Source of the DNA: Myxococcota bacterium
GTDB lineage: Bacteria > Myxococcota_A > UBA796 > UBA2385
Assembly: GCA_044344255.1 (NCBI GenBank)
Contig: JBIJDH010000014.1
Span: 140,313-204,312 of the forward strand
Direction of reading: 5' to 3'
Length of the DNA stretch: 64,000 nt
The notes beneath the pieces were generated by a model. That model had not been told where the DNA came from. It made no database searches and saw only the letters and a list, made by a program, of their open reading frames with translations. Made by a program: the position numbers and the translations under genes. This document shows, in pieces, positions 9,979 through 18,586 of the stretch. Position 1 is the stretch's first letter; the number at the start of each line of letters is the position of its first letter.

Positions 9979-10680
9979 ATGACCGTACTGTTGATCCTGG
10001 CCAGCCTCATTTCCGCGGCGAGCGCCCAGAAGAAGGGCCCTGACCTCGACGCGGAAGCACCCCAGATCTCCGATAGCGCGGAACCCCGCTTCGACGACAC
10101 CGGCCTTGACTCCCTCTCCCGCTGTGACGCCCAGCGCCTGAGCGACCCCGTTCAGCTCCCCTGGATGCCCGAGCTCTTCGTCCGCTACAACCCGAGCTCC
10201 ACCTGGGGCACCCAAGCGATGGTCGACACCATCGTCAGCGCGGCCCAAGAGGTCGCCTGGCTCCTCCCCGACGCTGACCCCTTCCTCGTCGGCGACATCT
10301 CGCAGGAGCGCGGCGGCAACTTCCCAGGGCACAAGTCTCACCGCTCCGGTATCGACGCCGACATCGGCCTCTATGCCGCGAAGGGCAAGCAGAGCCCGAA
10401 GGGCTTTCGCAACTTCACCCCGAGCGAGCTCGACCTCGAGGCCAACTGGCTGCTCATCCGCTCCTTCCTCTCTACGGGTGAGGTCGACCGCATCCTGCTC
10501 GACCAGAGCTTGATCAACGCCCTCCGGCGGTACACGATCAGCTCGGGAGAGCTCTCCCTCGCCGAGGCCGACGCCATCTTCCCCCTCCCCGGCACGGCCA
10601 AGCGCTGGGAGCTCTCGGGCGTGGTCCAGCACACGGTGGGCCACAAGAACCACATGCACATCCGGCTGCGCTGCGAGTAG
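9979..10680 (+). CDS. penicillin-insensitive murein endopeptidase (MepA/M74-like)
   Basis: WGT...VGDISQERGG..GHKSHRSGIDADIG and HKNHMHIRL zinc motifs; signal peptide. Confidence 0.85.
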   Translation: MTVLLILASLISAASAQKKGPDLDAEAPQISDSAEPRFDDTGLDSLSRCDAQRLSDPVQLPWMPELFVRYNPSSTWGTQAMVDTIVSAAQEVAWLLPDADPFLVGDISQERGGNFPGHKSHRSGIDADIGLYAAKGKQSPKGFRNFTPSELDLEANWLLIRSFLSTGEVDRILLDQSLINALRRYTISSGELSLAEADAIFPLPGTAKRWELSGVVQHTVGHKNHMHIRLRCE

Positions 10681-10703
10681 GCGGGGCCGGGCCTGGAGAG
10701 GCC

Positions 10704-11693
10704 ATGCGGGTCCCGCCAACAGCGCCGCATGTCGCCTCCCTCGGCCTCTGGTTGATCTTCGGCGCCTCGAGCGCCTGGGGACAGGCGCCACCGCCCGTGG
10801 TCAACGGCAGCCCCACCGACGAGGCGCCCGGCGTCGGCGCCCTCTTCACCTGTGACGGGGCCCGCTGTGAGCTCCTCTGCTCGGGGGAGCTCATCGAGCC
10901 CCGCTGGGTGCTGACGGCGGGGCACTGCGTCGGGCCGCTGCTCGACGGCATCCGCGAGGGGCGGTCGGCCTGGTTCGGGGTCGGCAGCGACCTCACCCGG
11001 CTCTCGGAGTCCGTCGGTGTGCGGGGCGCCACGGCGCACCCCGGCTACCGCTTCGGCGAGGCCGGGGTGGCCCACGACGTCGGTCTGGTCGAGCTCGACG
11101 CCGCGATTGAGCTCGCGCCCGTCTTCCGGCTCGAGGCCCTCACCCCCACCGCAGACTGGACCGAGACCGACCTGCTCTGGGTGGGCTGGGGCACCACCGG
11201 CGACGGGCGCTCCGACGCCGGCGCCCGCCGCGCAGTCGAGATGCCGCTCATCGCCTGGGACGACCAGCTCCTCTACGCGTGGGACGTCGAAGACCGACAG
11301 AACCTCTGCGAGGGCGACTCGGGCGGCGCCGTCCTCCGCGCCGATCCGGACGGCGAGCTGGTGCTCGTCGGCGTCAGCTCCTTCGTCTTCGGTGACGACC
11401 CCGACACGCTCTGCGAGAGCGGAGGAGCCGCCGCCACCCGCCTCGACCAGCAGCTCTCCTGGATTGAGCCCCTCCTGGCCGAGGCGGGCTCGGAGACCGG
11501 GGAGCCCCAGGGCGGCGGCCTCACGGAGGGCGGAGGGGGCGAAGGTGCGGCCCCCTTCCAGCCAGAGCCGGAGGGGGGCTGCTCAACCCTCTCCCGAGCG
11601 CGGGGCCACGCCGAGCGCACAGCCCTGCTGCCCCTCTTCGGCCTGCTCTGCGCCCTCGGCGGGGCCCGGCGCCGCGCGGTCGGCGCTACTTGA
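10704..11693 (+). CDS. S1 (trypsin-like) serine protease with MYXO-CTERM-like tail
   Basis: TAGHC, HDVGL, GDSGG triad; C-terminal GGCS..hydrophobic..RRR. Confidence 0.9.
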   Translation: MRVPPTAPHVASLGLWLIFGASSAWGQAPPPVVNGSPTDEAPGVGALFTCDGARCELLCSGELIEPRWVLTAGHCVGPLLDGIREGRSAWFGVGSDLTRLSESVGVRGATAHPGYRFGEAGVAHDVGLVELDAAIELAPVFRLEALTPTADWTETDLLWVGWGTTGDGRSDAGARRAVEMPLIAWDDQLLYAWDVEDRQNLCEGDSGGAVLRADPDGELVLVGVSSFVFGDDPDTLCESGGAAATRLDQQLSWIEPLLAEAGSETGEPQGGGLTEGGGGEGAAPFQPEPEGGCSTLSRARGHAERTALLPLFGLLCALGGARRRAVGAT

Positions 11694-12753
11694 TCCGCAC
11701 CGCCTGACAGAGGACGTCCACCCGCTCTGGCGCGGCGCCGCCGCAGGACTTGTCGCGGTACACGGTCACCACGTACTTGCCCGCCTTGCTGAAGGCATGA
11801 TCGAAGCCCCAGGCGAGCTTCCCGCCCTCGTCGGCCACCGGTGCCCCCTTCTGCACCGGCTCGTACTGCACGAAGGTGTCCTGGGTATAGGTACAGCCGG
11901 CCTCCGCCTTCGCGGTGATCTCACCCACGTAGCGGAAGGGCACGGCCGCGCCGACCCCCCAGTCGATCACCGACTCCCCGGGCTTGGCCGCGGCGCCGGG
12001 CGCGGAGAGGGCGACGAGGCTCTTGCTCTCCTTGCAGTGCTCGAAGACGAGCTCCTTGTCGGTGCGATTGAAGGCGGAGGTGCCGACGATGTTCTCCATC
12101 TCTCGGACCTGACCGAAGGTCATGGTCTGGTACCGATCCGAGATGTTGATCCGGCACTTCTCGGTCTTGATCTTCACGTGGATCACACCGCGGAGCTGGT
12201 TGTTCGGCTGGTTGAACATCAGCTTCATGTCCGCGAGCTCCTTCTCGGGGAGCTTCTTGACCTCCTCGAGCACCTTGTCGACCTCCTTCTGGGCCTCCTC
12301 CACCGAGGCTCCCGTGACGGCAGCCACCTCTGCGGCCGTGCACTCCTTGCCGTTGGCGATCAGGCTCCGGCAGAAGTCGCCGAGGCGCGGCGCGTCTTCG
12401 AGGCAGATGAGGCCGTCCTTCTCGGGGGCACAGCTGAACGTGTACATGTCGGTGAGCGCGCGGGCGTTGTACTTCACCTTGAGCGTGTCACCGTCTTTGA
12501 AGAAGCGGGCGCGGGCGAGGAGGTCATCCTCCTTCCCATTAGCGCCGTCGATCTCGCGGATGAACGCCTTCTCGGGGAGGGTCTCCGGGGTGAGGTCACA
12601 GGCTGGCTTGGCCTCAGCCTCCGCCTTCTTCTTGGCCTCTTCCTCGGCCCGCTTGTTCGTGCAGGCGCCGAGGACGGTCAGGGCGAGGAGCCCGCCCATC
12701 AGCCCGAGGCGCGGGAGAGGAGCGGGGAGAGACAAGTTCGGCCGTGCAGACAT
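11686..12753 (-). CDS. hypothetical Cys-rich lipoprotein
   Basis: lipobox LGAC, strong codon bias, GAGG RBS; no recognised domain. Confidence 0.75.
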   Translation of the reverse strand: MSARPNLSLPAPLPRLGLMGGLLALTVLGACTNKRAEEEAKKKAEAEAKPACDLTPETLPEKAFIREIDGANGKEDDLLARARFFKDGDTLKVKYNARALTDMYTFSCAPEKDGLICLEDAPRLGDFCRSLIANGKECTAAEVAAVTGASVEEAQKEVDKVLEEVKKLPEKELADMKLMFNQPNNQLRGVIHVKIKTEKCRINISDRYQTMTFGQVREMENIVGTSAFNRTDKELVFEHCKESKSLVALSAPGAAAKPGESVIDWGVGAAVPFRYVGEITAKAEAGCTYTQDTFVQYEPVQKGAPVADEGGKLAWGFDHAFSKAGKYVVTVYRDKSCGGAAPERVDVLCQAVRIK

Positions 12754-12781
12754 GAGGAACCTCCGGGGGAGCAGCGGCGCG

Positions 12782-12790
12782 AGTATAGCA
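12782..12790 (-). promoter_or_regulatory. possible extended -10 element (TGCTATACT) for the 12753 gene
   Basis: TGn-TATACT about 30 nt upstream of the start and downstream of the aglS terminator. Confidence 0.4.
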
Positions 12791-12816
12791 AAGATCGGGA
12801 TGTCGGAGATGGACGC

Positions 12817-12847
12817 AAAAAAACCGGCGGGAGGCCGCCGGTTCTTT
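12817..12847 (-). terminator. Rho-independent terminator after aglS-like gene
   Basis: AACCGGCGG-loop-CCGCCGGTT hairpin followed by a T run on the minus strand. Confidence 0.85.
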
Positions 12848-12864
12848 GGGGGACGAGGCTAAGA

Positions 12865-13473
12865 TCAGCCGCCGCCGCCCTCCGCGCCCTCTGCGCCCTC
12901 GCCCTCTGCCGGTTTGAGGGACGAGGACTCGTCCTTCACGGCGAAGTTGACGTGGGCCCAGCCCGCTGAGTTCATCGAGAAGATGACCTTGCGGACGAGG
13001 AGGAAGTCGGTGGTCTTGTCCGCCTGAACGATGATGTGACCGTCGAAGGCCTTGGTGGGGTCCCGGGGCTTGCCCAGGCGCTCCGCCAGCTTCTCCTCAC
13101 GCTCCCGAACCGCCTTCAGCTGCTCGGTGAGCTCAGGGATGCCTTGCTCGGCTTCGTCCAGCTTGTCCTGGGTCGCGACCTCCTTGCCTTCAACCAACAC
13201 CGTGCCCTGAAAAAGGGTGATCACGGGGCCGGTCTCGGCGAGGAGCTCGGCCTTCTTCGCGCCCGGCATCACGAGATCTTTCTGCGTGATGTTGAGCTCG
13301 CCGGAGGCGGCGAAGCTCTGCAGGAGGAAGATGACGATAACCGTGAACATGTCCACCATGGCGGTCAGGTTCAACGAGATCATGCCGCTCTTCTTGCCGT
13401 GGCTGAAGGGCCCGCTGCGCAGCTTGCCCATCGGCTTCAGGAAGTGCCGCCTCTGAGGGACGGAAACAGGCAT
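12865..13473 (-). CDS. aglS: ExbD/TolR-family protein, AglS-like
   Basis: LNLTAMVDMFTVIVIFLLQSF TM with conserved Asp, IVQADK motif; basic N-terminus resembling myxobacterial AglS; third gene of an ExbB-ExbD-ExbD operon. Confidence 0.7.
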   Translation of the reverse strand: MPVSVPQRRHFLKPMGKLRSGPFSHGKKSGMISLNLTAMVDMFTVIVIFLLQSFAASGELNITQKDLVMPGAKKAELLAETGPVITLFQGTVLVEGKEVATQDKLDEAEQGIPELTEQLKAVREREEKLAERLGKPRDPTKAFDGHIIVQADKTTDFLLVRKVIFSMNSAGWAHVNFAVKDESSSLKPAEGEGAEGAEGGGG

Positions 13474-13482
13474 TGGACCTCC

Positions 13483-14019
13483 TCAGCCGCCGGCCGGAGC
13501 GGGGGCTCCGGGCACGGGGGTGCTGAGCTTCATGTTGGTGCTGGCGGGGCCCCCGCCGAGGAGGGTCTTGTCGAAGCCGTGAATACGAGAGATGTCCAAG
13601 GAGTGGATCATGTGCTCGTAGGTCACGCCGTCGTCGGTCACGATGACCACCTGCTTCTCTTCCGGGTTGGTCTCGCGGTCGGTCTTGACGACCTCCTCGA
13701 TCGCGACCCAGTCATACTCACCTTCACCGATCGAGGGGAAGTTCTTCATCTCCTCGATCTTCCGCAGCACCGCCACACCGTCTGCCCGGATGTGGATGGT
13801 GAGCGGCGGCAGAGGCGGCTTGTCAGGAGGAGTTTCCTCGGTGTTCGGCTGCGAGATCTCCTGGTCCACGTTCATCGAGCTCATCTGCAGCCAGACGGCC
13901 GTGGAGATGAGGAAGGTGATGATCGCGGAGAGGAGGTCGATGAAGGGCACGAGGTTCAAATCGAAGTTCTTCGACTTGCCTCTCCCGCCCTTCCCGCCGG
14001 TATCGACGGAGACACCCAT
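13483..14019 (-). CDS. aglQ: ExbD/TolR-family protein, AglQ-like
   Basis: DLNLVPFIDLLSAIITFLISTAVW TM; Gly/Lys-rich N-terminus. Confidence 0.7.
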   Translation of the reverse strand: MGVSVDTGGKGGRGKSKNFDLNLVPFIDLLSAIITFLISTAVWLQMSSMNVDQEISQPNTEETPPDKPPLPPLTIHIRADGVAVLRKIEEMKNFPSIGEGEYDWVAIEEVVKTDRETNPEEKQVVIVTDDGVTYEHMIHSLDISRIHGFDKTLLGGGPASTNMKLSTPVPGAPAPAGG

Positions 14020-14050
14020 GGTTCACCTCAGCAGCTTGAAGGGGCCGAAA

Positions 14051-14728
14051 TCACTTGGCCTGGGCGCCTGCGCCTTCCATCTCTTCCTGGCCCTTGAAGA
14101 GCCGACGATTGGCGAGGACGAGGTTCATCTCGGTCACGACGGACTCGTTGATCGCGTCGGTGATGTGCTGAACCTTGGACTGCAGCCAGCCGAAGATGAA
14201 GAGCGCCGGGATGGCCGTGGCCAGACCGAAGGCGGTGCAGTTCATGGCCTCGGAGATACCGCCGGCGAGGATGGTCGCCTTCTGGGAGGCGTCCACGTGG
14301 GCCACGGCCTCGAAGCACTTGATCATGCCTTCGATGGTGCCGAGGAGGCCGAGGAGGGTCGCGCCGTTCGAGAGCACGGCGAGGAAGCCCACGCGCTTCT
14401 CGATATCGGGGACCTCACGGAGGCTCGCCTCGTCGAGGGCGGCCTGCACTTCGAGATCATCGCGGTGCGCCTTGAGGAGGCCGGCCTTGAGGATGCGGGA
14501 GATGGGGCCCTGCTTCTGGCTGTTGATGAAGCGGATGGCACCGTTGAGGTCGCCGCGGAGCACGTGGTTGTTCAGCCCCTTGAGGAGGGCCGACTTGTCT
14601 TCCCGCACGGTGACGTAGAGGAAGAAGACGCGCTCGACCGTGATGGACACCACCAGGATTCCGCAGATCAGGATGGGGTACATCCAGATACCGCCGCCCT
14701 CAAACGCCTTTTGCATCGCTTCGAACAT
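14051..14728 (-). CDS. aglR: MotA/TolQ/ExbB proton-channel protein, AglR-like
   Basis: GGIWMYPI, TLLGLLGTIEGMI, GISEAMNCTAFGL motifs; start MFEAMQ after GGAG. Confidence 0.75.
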   Translation of the reverse strand: MFEAMQKAFEGGGIWMYPILICGILVVSITVERVFFLYVTVREDKSALLKGLNNHVLRGDLNGAIRFINSQKQGPISRILKAGLLKAHRDDLEVQAALDEASLREVPDIEKRVGFLAVLSNGATLLGLLGTIEGMIKCFEAVAHVDASQKATILAGGISEAMNCTAFGLATAIPALFIFGWLQSKVQHITDAINESVVTEMNLVLANRRLFKGQEEMEGAGAQAK

Positions 14729-14870
14729 CGGGACTCCATCCGGGCGCGGGGCCCGTGTCGTTTCATTGCCGGACACGAATGAGCTTGATGATGCGGGAAA
14801 GGACTCTGCCGGTGGGTCTGCGGTTTGCAAAAACCTTCCGGGCTCTGCAAGTCGATGGGAGAACCACCGC

Positions 14871-14912
14871 TTGATCTCACCGGGTTGATCTCACCGGGTT
14901 GATCTCACAGGG
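14871..14912. repeat. 14-bp tandem repeat x3 (TTGATCTCACCGGG) upstream of the aglR-like operon
   Basis: units at 14871, 14885, 14899 (the last has one mismatch). Confidence 0.9.
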
Positions 14913-15218
14913 AGCTCGAACCGACGCGATCCGCGCTGCCCAAGCACCCTCAGCGGCTGCCAGGGGTACCATGCGCTCCGACACCAGTCAATCCGAGCTT
15001 CCTCAGCGGCTTCGGGCGCCTACCGTGGCCGGGCCCCGCCAAGAGGGCGACGTACTCAAGATCAGCACGGCCGAAACGCCCCGATCGCCCGGAGCGGGGG
15101 CCTCGCAGGGCCGATCTCTGTTCTTGTGAGAAACGTGTGAGAAGGGCCCATTGGGGGCCCGATCCTCGCCGAAGACCGGCATCCACACCCGGCGCGGCCG
15201 GCGCCCGTCCCACCGCGA

Positions 15219-15986
15219 TCACGGGGCCAATCCCGGCGCGGCGCCCTTGCGGACCCGAGCCTCGGGCAAGGAGAGCCCGAACCAAGTGCGGGGCTCGGCG
15301 GCCTGCTCGGCGAGCCAGGCCCGATCGCGGCGCTCGAAGTGCTCCACCGCGCAGGGGCTCCACAAGATCGGATCGCTCACCGACACATCGCTCGCTGGCG
15401 TGGACGGCGGCTGATCGAGGGCCGCGACGAGCTCGCCCACCTCGTAGGTGAGCAGCACGCTCGTCTTGCAGCTCGTGTGGAGCTCCACGATGTCGCGCCC
15501 CACTGCAAATGCGGCGTCGCTGTCACGGGTGGCGCGGGCGCCGAGGCGCGGCAGCTCTTCCAGGAGGGCTGTCGGATCGCGATCATCGGGCAGGTGGGTG
15601 ATGCGGAGGACCACGGGGGCGAAGGCCCGCTGATCGGAGGGCTTCACCTCGACCCAGAGCTCCCACGAGATGTAGGTCAGCGCCTGGCAGCGCTGGATCA
15701 TCTGCGCCCCCTCGGCGGCGAAGCGGGCGCTGAGCTCGGGGTCCCGCGCGGAGCGGATCGCGACGTCGCCCCCCGGCAAGGCGCTCGGGCAGAGCGGCCA
15801 GGCGGGAGCCGGGGGCCCATAGTGGAAGTCGAGCGTGGCCCCCTGGGGCCCGTAGTGGGCCTCGAGGCGATCGGCCCAGGTCTCGACGGCCGGGGGCATG
15901 CCCTCCGCCGCTCCGCGCGCGGGCTCCACGGCCCGGGCCCCCGCGCCGCCGACCAGGAGCAGACCGAGCAGGTACCGACGCGCCAC
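15219..15986 (-). CDS. hypothetical exported protein
   Basis: signal-peptide-like N-terminus; starts directly after the DsbA-family gene. Confidence 0.6.
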   Translation of the reverse strand: MARRYLLGLLLVGGAGARAVEPARGAAEGMPPAVETWADRLEAHYGPQGATLDFHYGPPAPAWPLCPSALPGGDVAIRSARDPELSARFAAEGAQMIQRCQALTYISWELWVEVKPSDQRAFAPVVLRITHLPDDRDPTALLEELPRLGARATRDSDAAFAVGRDIVELHTSCKTSVLLTYEVGELVAALDQPPSTPASDVSVSDPILWSPCAVEHFERRDRAWLAEQAAEPRTWFGLSLPEARVRKGAAPGLAP

Positions 15987-15988
15987 CT

Positions 15989-17218
15989 TCAGCCCGCCGC
16001 CCGCGGCGGGGCCGGCGTCGCGATCGCCGGGCTCCAGCCCGCCAGGATGTCCTCGAGCAGGGAGAGCCGATCCTGGCCCCAGACGACGGGCTCGTCATCG
16101 ACGATGAAGGACGGGGCCCCGAAGACCCCCGCGGCCACCGCGGCCTCGGTGTTGGCCCGCAGCCGATCCTTGACCGCCGGCTCGTTCGCCCGTTGCACGA
16201 GCGCAGGGTCGAGCCCCCCCTCGGTCAGCACCTCCGCCAGCACGGCGGGGTCGCCGATGTCTCGGCCCTGAGCCCAATAGGCCCGATACATCGGGTGGAT
16301 CGCCCGCGGCTCCAAGATGCTCACCCGCAGGGGGAGCACGGATCGGAGGGGGAAGTGGGCCGGGAAGCTGAAGTCGATCCCCCACCAGTCCGCCTGCTCG
16401 CCCAGATCGCGGGCCACCCAGGCCTGCTTCGCCTCCGGCAGCGTGAACAGCGGCACCTCCGGGGTGCCCACCGCCTTGAAGACCGCCCCGAGGAGCATCG
16501 GCACCCACTCGACCTCGCTGCCGTGCCGGCGGGCGATCGCCTCGACCTGGGTGGAGGCGATGTAGCTGAAGGGGCTCGAGAAGTCGTGGAAGACCCTCAA
16601 GCGACGGCCCGTGCGGTTGGAGAGGCGCACCATCGGCTCGACCCGGCGGCCCAGGAGCGCGGCCTCGAGGAGGTGGAGCCGATCCTGCCCCCACCAGAGC
16701 CGGTCACCGAGGCCGAAGGCCGGCACGCCGATCACCCCCGCCGCCGCGGCCGCCGCGGTGTTCTCCCGCAGGGCCCGCTTGGTGGACTCCTCGGTGAGGC
16801 GCTCGGGATCGATGCCATGGGCCCGCGCGAGGCCAGCGATGAGCTCGGCGGTGAGCTCAGCGCCCTCCGCCCAGTAGGCCTCGAAGAGCGCGTGCGTGAG
16901 CGCAGCGCGCGTGGCCCCCTCGGCGAGGGTGAGCAGGCGCATCGCGCTCACGGTGCGCTGTGGGTGGCTGGCCGGCCGACAAAACGGGAGGTCAGCCCGC
17001 GCGGTCTGCAAGGCGATGTCGCGCTCCCCGTGGGCGAACTTCGCGGGCCCCCACGCAGCGGCGGGGACGGCGGCCGTGCCCACCTCTTGAAAGATGCCGC
17101 CGAGCAGGATCGGGCGGAGCTCCACCTCGGCGCCCGTCGCGGCGGCGAGGCGCAGCAGACGGTGGTACCCGATCCGGGCATACGGGCAGACGACGTCGTA
17201 ATAAAAGGCGATGCGCAT
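15989..17218 (-). CDS. 2-hydroxychromene-2-carboxylate isomerase / kappa-GST (DsbA family), tandem double domain
   Basis: two repeats: FYYDVVCPY...GVIGVPAF..WGQDRL and HDFSSPFSY...GVFGAPSF..WGQDRL. Confidence 0.88.
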   Translation of the reverse strand: MRIAFYYDVVCPYARIGYHRLLRLAAATGAEVELRPILLGGIFQEVGTAAVPAAAWGPAKFAHGERDIALQTARADLPFCRPASHPQRTVSAMRLLTLAEGATRAALTHALFEAYWAEGAELTAELIAGLARAHGIDPERLTEESTKRALRENTAAAAAAGVIGVPAFGLGDRLWWGQDRLHLLEAALLGRRVEPMVRLSNRTGRRLRVFHDFSSPFSYIASTQVEAIARRHGSEVEWVPMLLGAVFKAVGTPEVPLFTLPEAKQAWVARDLGEQADWWGIDFSFPAHFPLRSVLPLRVSILEPRAIHPMYRAYWAQGRDIGDPAVLAEVLTEGGLDPALVQRANEPAVKDRLRANTEAAVAAGVFGAPSFIVDDEPVVWGQDRLSLLEDILAGWSPAIATPAPPRAAG

Positions 17219-17257
17219 CGGGTGACCCTAACCCCCTCTCCCCGCTGCCGGTGCACC

Positions 17258-17713
17258 ATGTTCCGACCCACCCCCGAGCGAGAGCAGGAAGGCGAAGAAG
17301 GCGACGGCGACGCGGTCAGCGAGGGCCCACCCGGCGCCAGCGGACACGATCCCCGCCTGAAGTCCGTGCGGGTGGACAAGTGGCTCTGGGCCGCCCGAAT
17401 GTTCAAGACGCGGACGTCGGCGACGGAGTCCTGCGACGGTGGCCACGTCCGGGTGAACGAGGGTGGGGTGAAGCCCGCCCACGCGGTCAAGCTGGGCGAC
17501 CGGGTCGAGGTGGTCACCCCGGGCGGCCTCCGGGTGCTCGAGGTGGTGGGCCTCGCCGAGAAGCGCGGTCCTGCCTCGGTCGCACGCACGCTCTATGTCG
17601 ATCACAGCCCGCCGCCGCCCCCGCGCACCCTGATGGCCAGCATCGAACGGGAGCACGGTCGCCTCGACCGCCGAGACCGTCGAGACGCCCAGCAGCTCCG
17701 GGGTCGCTGGTGA
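17258..17713 (+). CDS. S4 RNA-binding domain protein (Hsp15/HslR-like)
   Basis: VRVDKWLWAARMFKTRT...VKPAHAVKLGD...KRGPASVARTLY. Confidence 0.9.
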   Translation: MFRPTPEREQEGEEGDGDAVSEGPPGASGHDPRLKSVRVDKWLWAARMFKTRTSATESCDGGHVRVNEGGVKPAHAVKLGDRVEVVTPGGLRVLEVVGLAEKRGPASVARTLYVDHSPPPPPRTLMASIEREHGRLDRRDRRDAQQLRGRW

Positions 17714-18531
17714 CCGAACGCCTCGGGCCGAGCGACTACCTCGACGCCGAAGACGCCCCGGGGGCCGAGGAGGCGTCGCGGCAGCTCCAAGCCGAACACC
17801 ACGCCCTCTGGCTCGACAGCCTGATCACCCCCGCCCGCCAGCACGGCCTCGTGGCCGGCGCGCGGGTGCTGGAGGTCGGCTGCGGAGACGGGCACCTCCT
17901 CGCCGAGCTGAGCCGGTGGGTCGGCCCAAGCGGCTGGGTGGTGGGGATCGATCGCGACCCCGCCGCGGTGCTCCAGTCCCGCCGCGCCCTCGGGAGCCGA
18001 CCCCAGGCCGGGGTCATCGAGGGGGACCTCTATCGCACCCGCCTCGGCGGCCCGTGGGACCTCGTGCTGGCCCGCGGCGTGATGGCCGAGCTGCCCACCC
18101 CGGAGCTCGGCCTGCAGCGGCTCATCGGCGGGCTCGCGCGGGGCGGGCGCCTCATCCTCCAGGATCAGCTCCACGAGGGCATGCGCGTCTTCCCCGACGA
18201 GCCGGCCGTTGACCGCGCGGTCGCCGCCCTCCGCACGCTCGAGCGGTCTCGACGGCGCGACCTCTTCGCCGGCGGGCGCCTGCCCGGCCTCGCCGCCGCC
18301 GCCGGTCTCACGGTGGAGGTTGTCGCCCCTCGTCAGCTCTCCGGGGGCCCGGGCACCGCGGTCTGGGCACAGGTCGGGCGGCTGCTGTTCAGTCAGGCCG
18401 CCCAGCTCCAGCCCCTCCTCAGCGCCAGCGAGTGGGCCGAGCTCGTGGAGGCCTGGGCCTGGCTCGGCCGATCGCCGACGGCCCGGGTCTTCACCCCGAT
18501 CCAGGTCCTGACCATCGCCCGACGGCCCTGA
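17710..18531 (+). CDS. class I SAM-dependent methyltransferase
   Basis: VLEVGCGDG, VVGIDRD; GTG start overlapping the previous stop (GTGA). Confidence 0.8.
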   Translation: MTERLGPSDYLDAEDAPGAEEASRQLQAEHHALWLDSLITPARQHGLVAGARVLEVGCGDGHLLAELSRWVGPSGWVVGIDRDPAAVLQSRRALGSRPQAGVIEGDLYRTRLGGPWDLVLARGVMAELPTPELGLQRLIGGLARGGRLILQDQLHEGMRVFPDEPAVDRAVAALRTLERSRRRDLFAGGRLPGLAAAAGLTVEVVAPRQLSGGPGTAVWAQVGRLLFSQAAQLQPLLSASEWAELVEAWAWLGRSPTARVFTPIQVLTIARRP

Positions 18532-18586
18532 CCCTTCTGCCGCACACCTCGTTCGGGAGGCCCTTCGAGCCTCTGCTGATCGTGGC

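Noticed and set aside
14913..15218. Small ORFs between the aglR leader and the 15219 gene
   Set aside because: No consistent codon bias, RBS or recognisable motif
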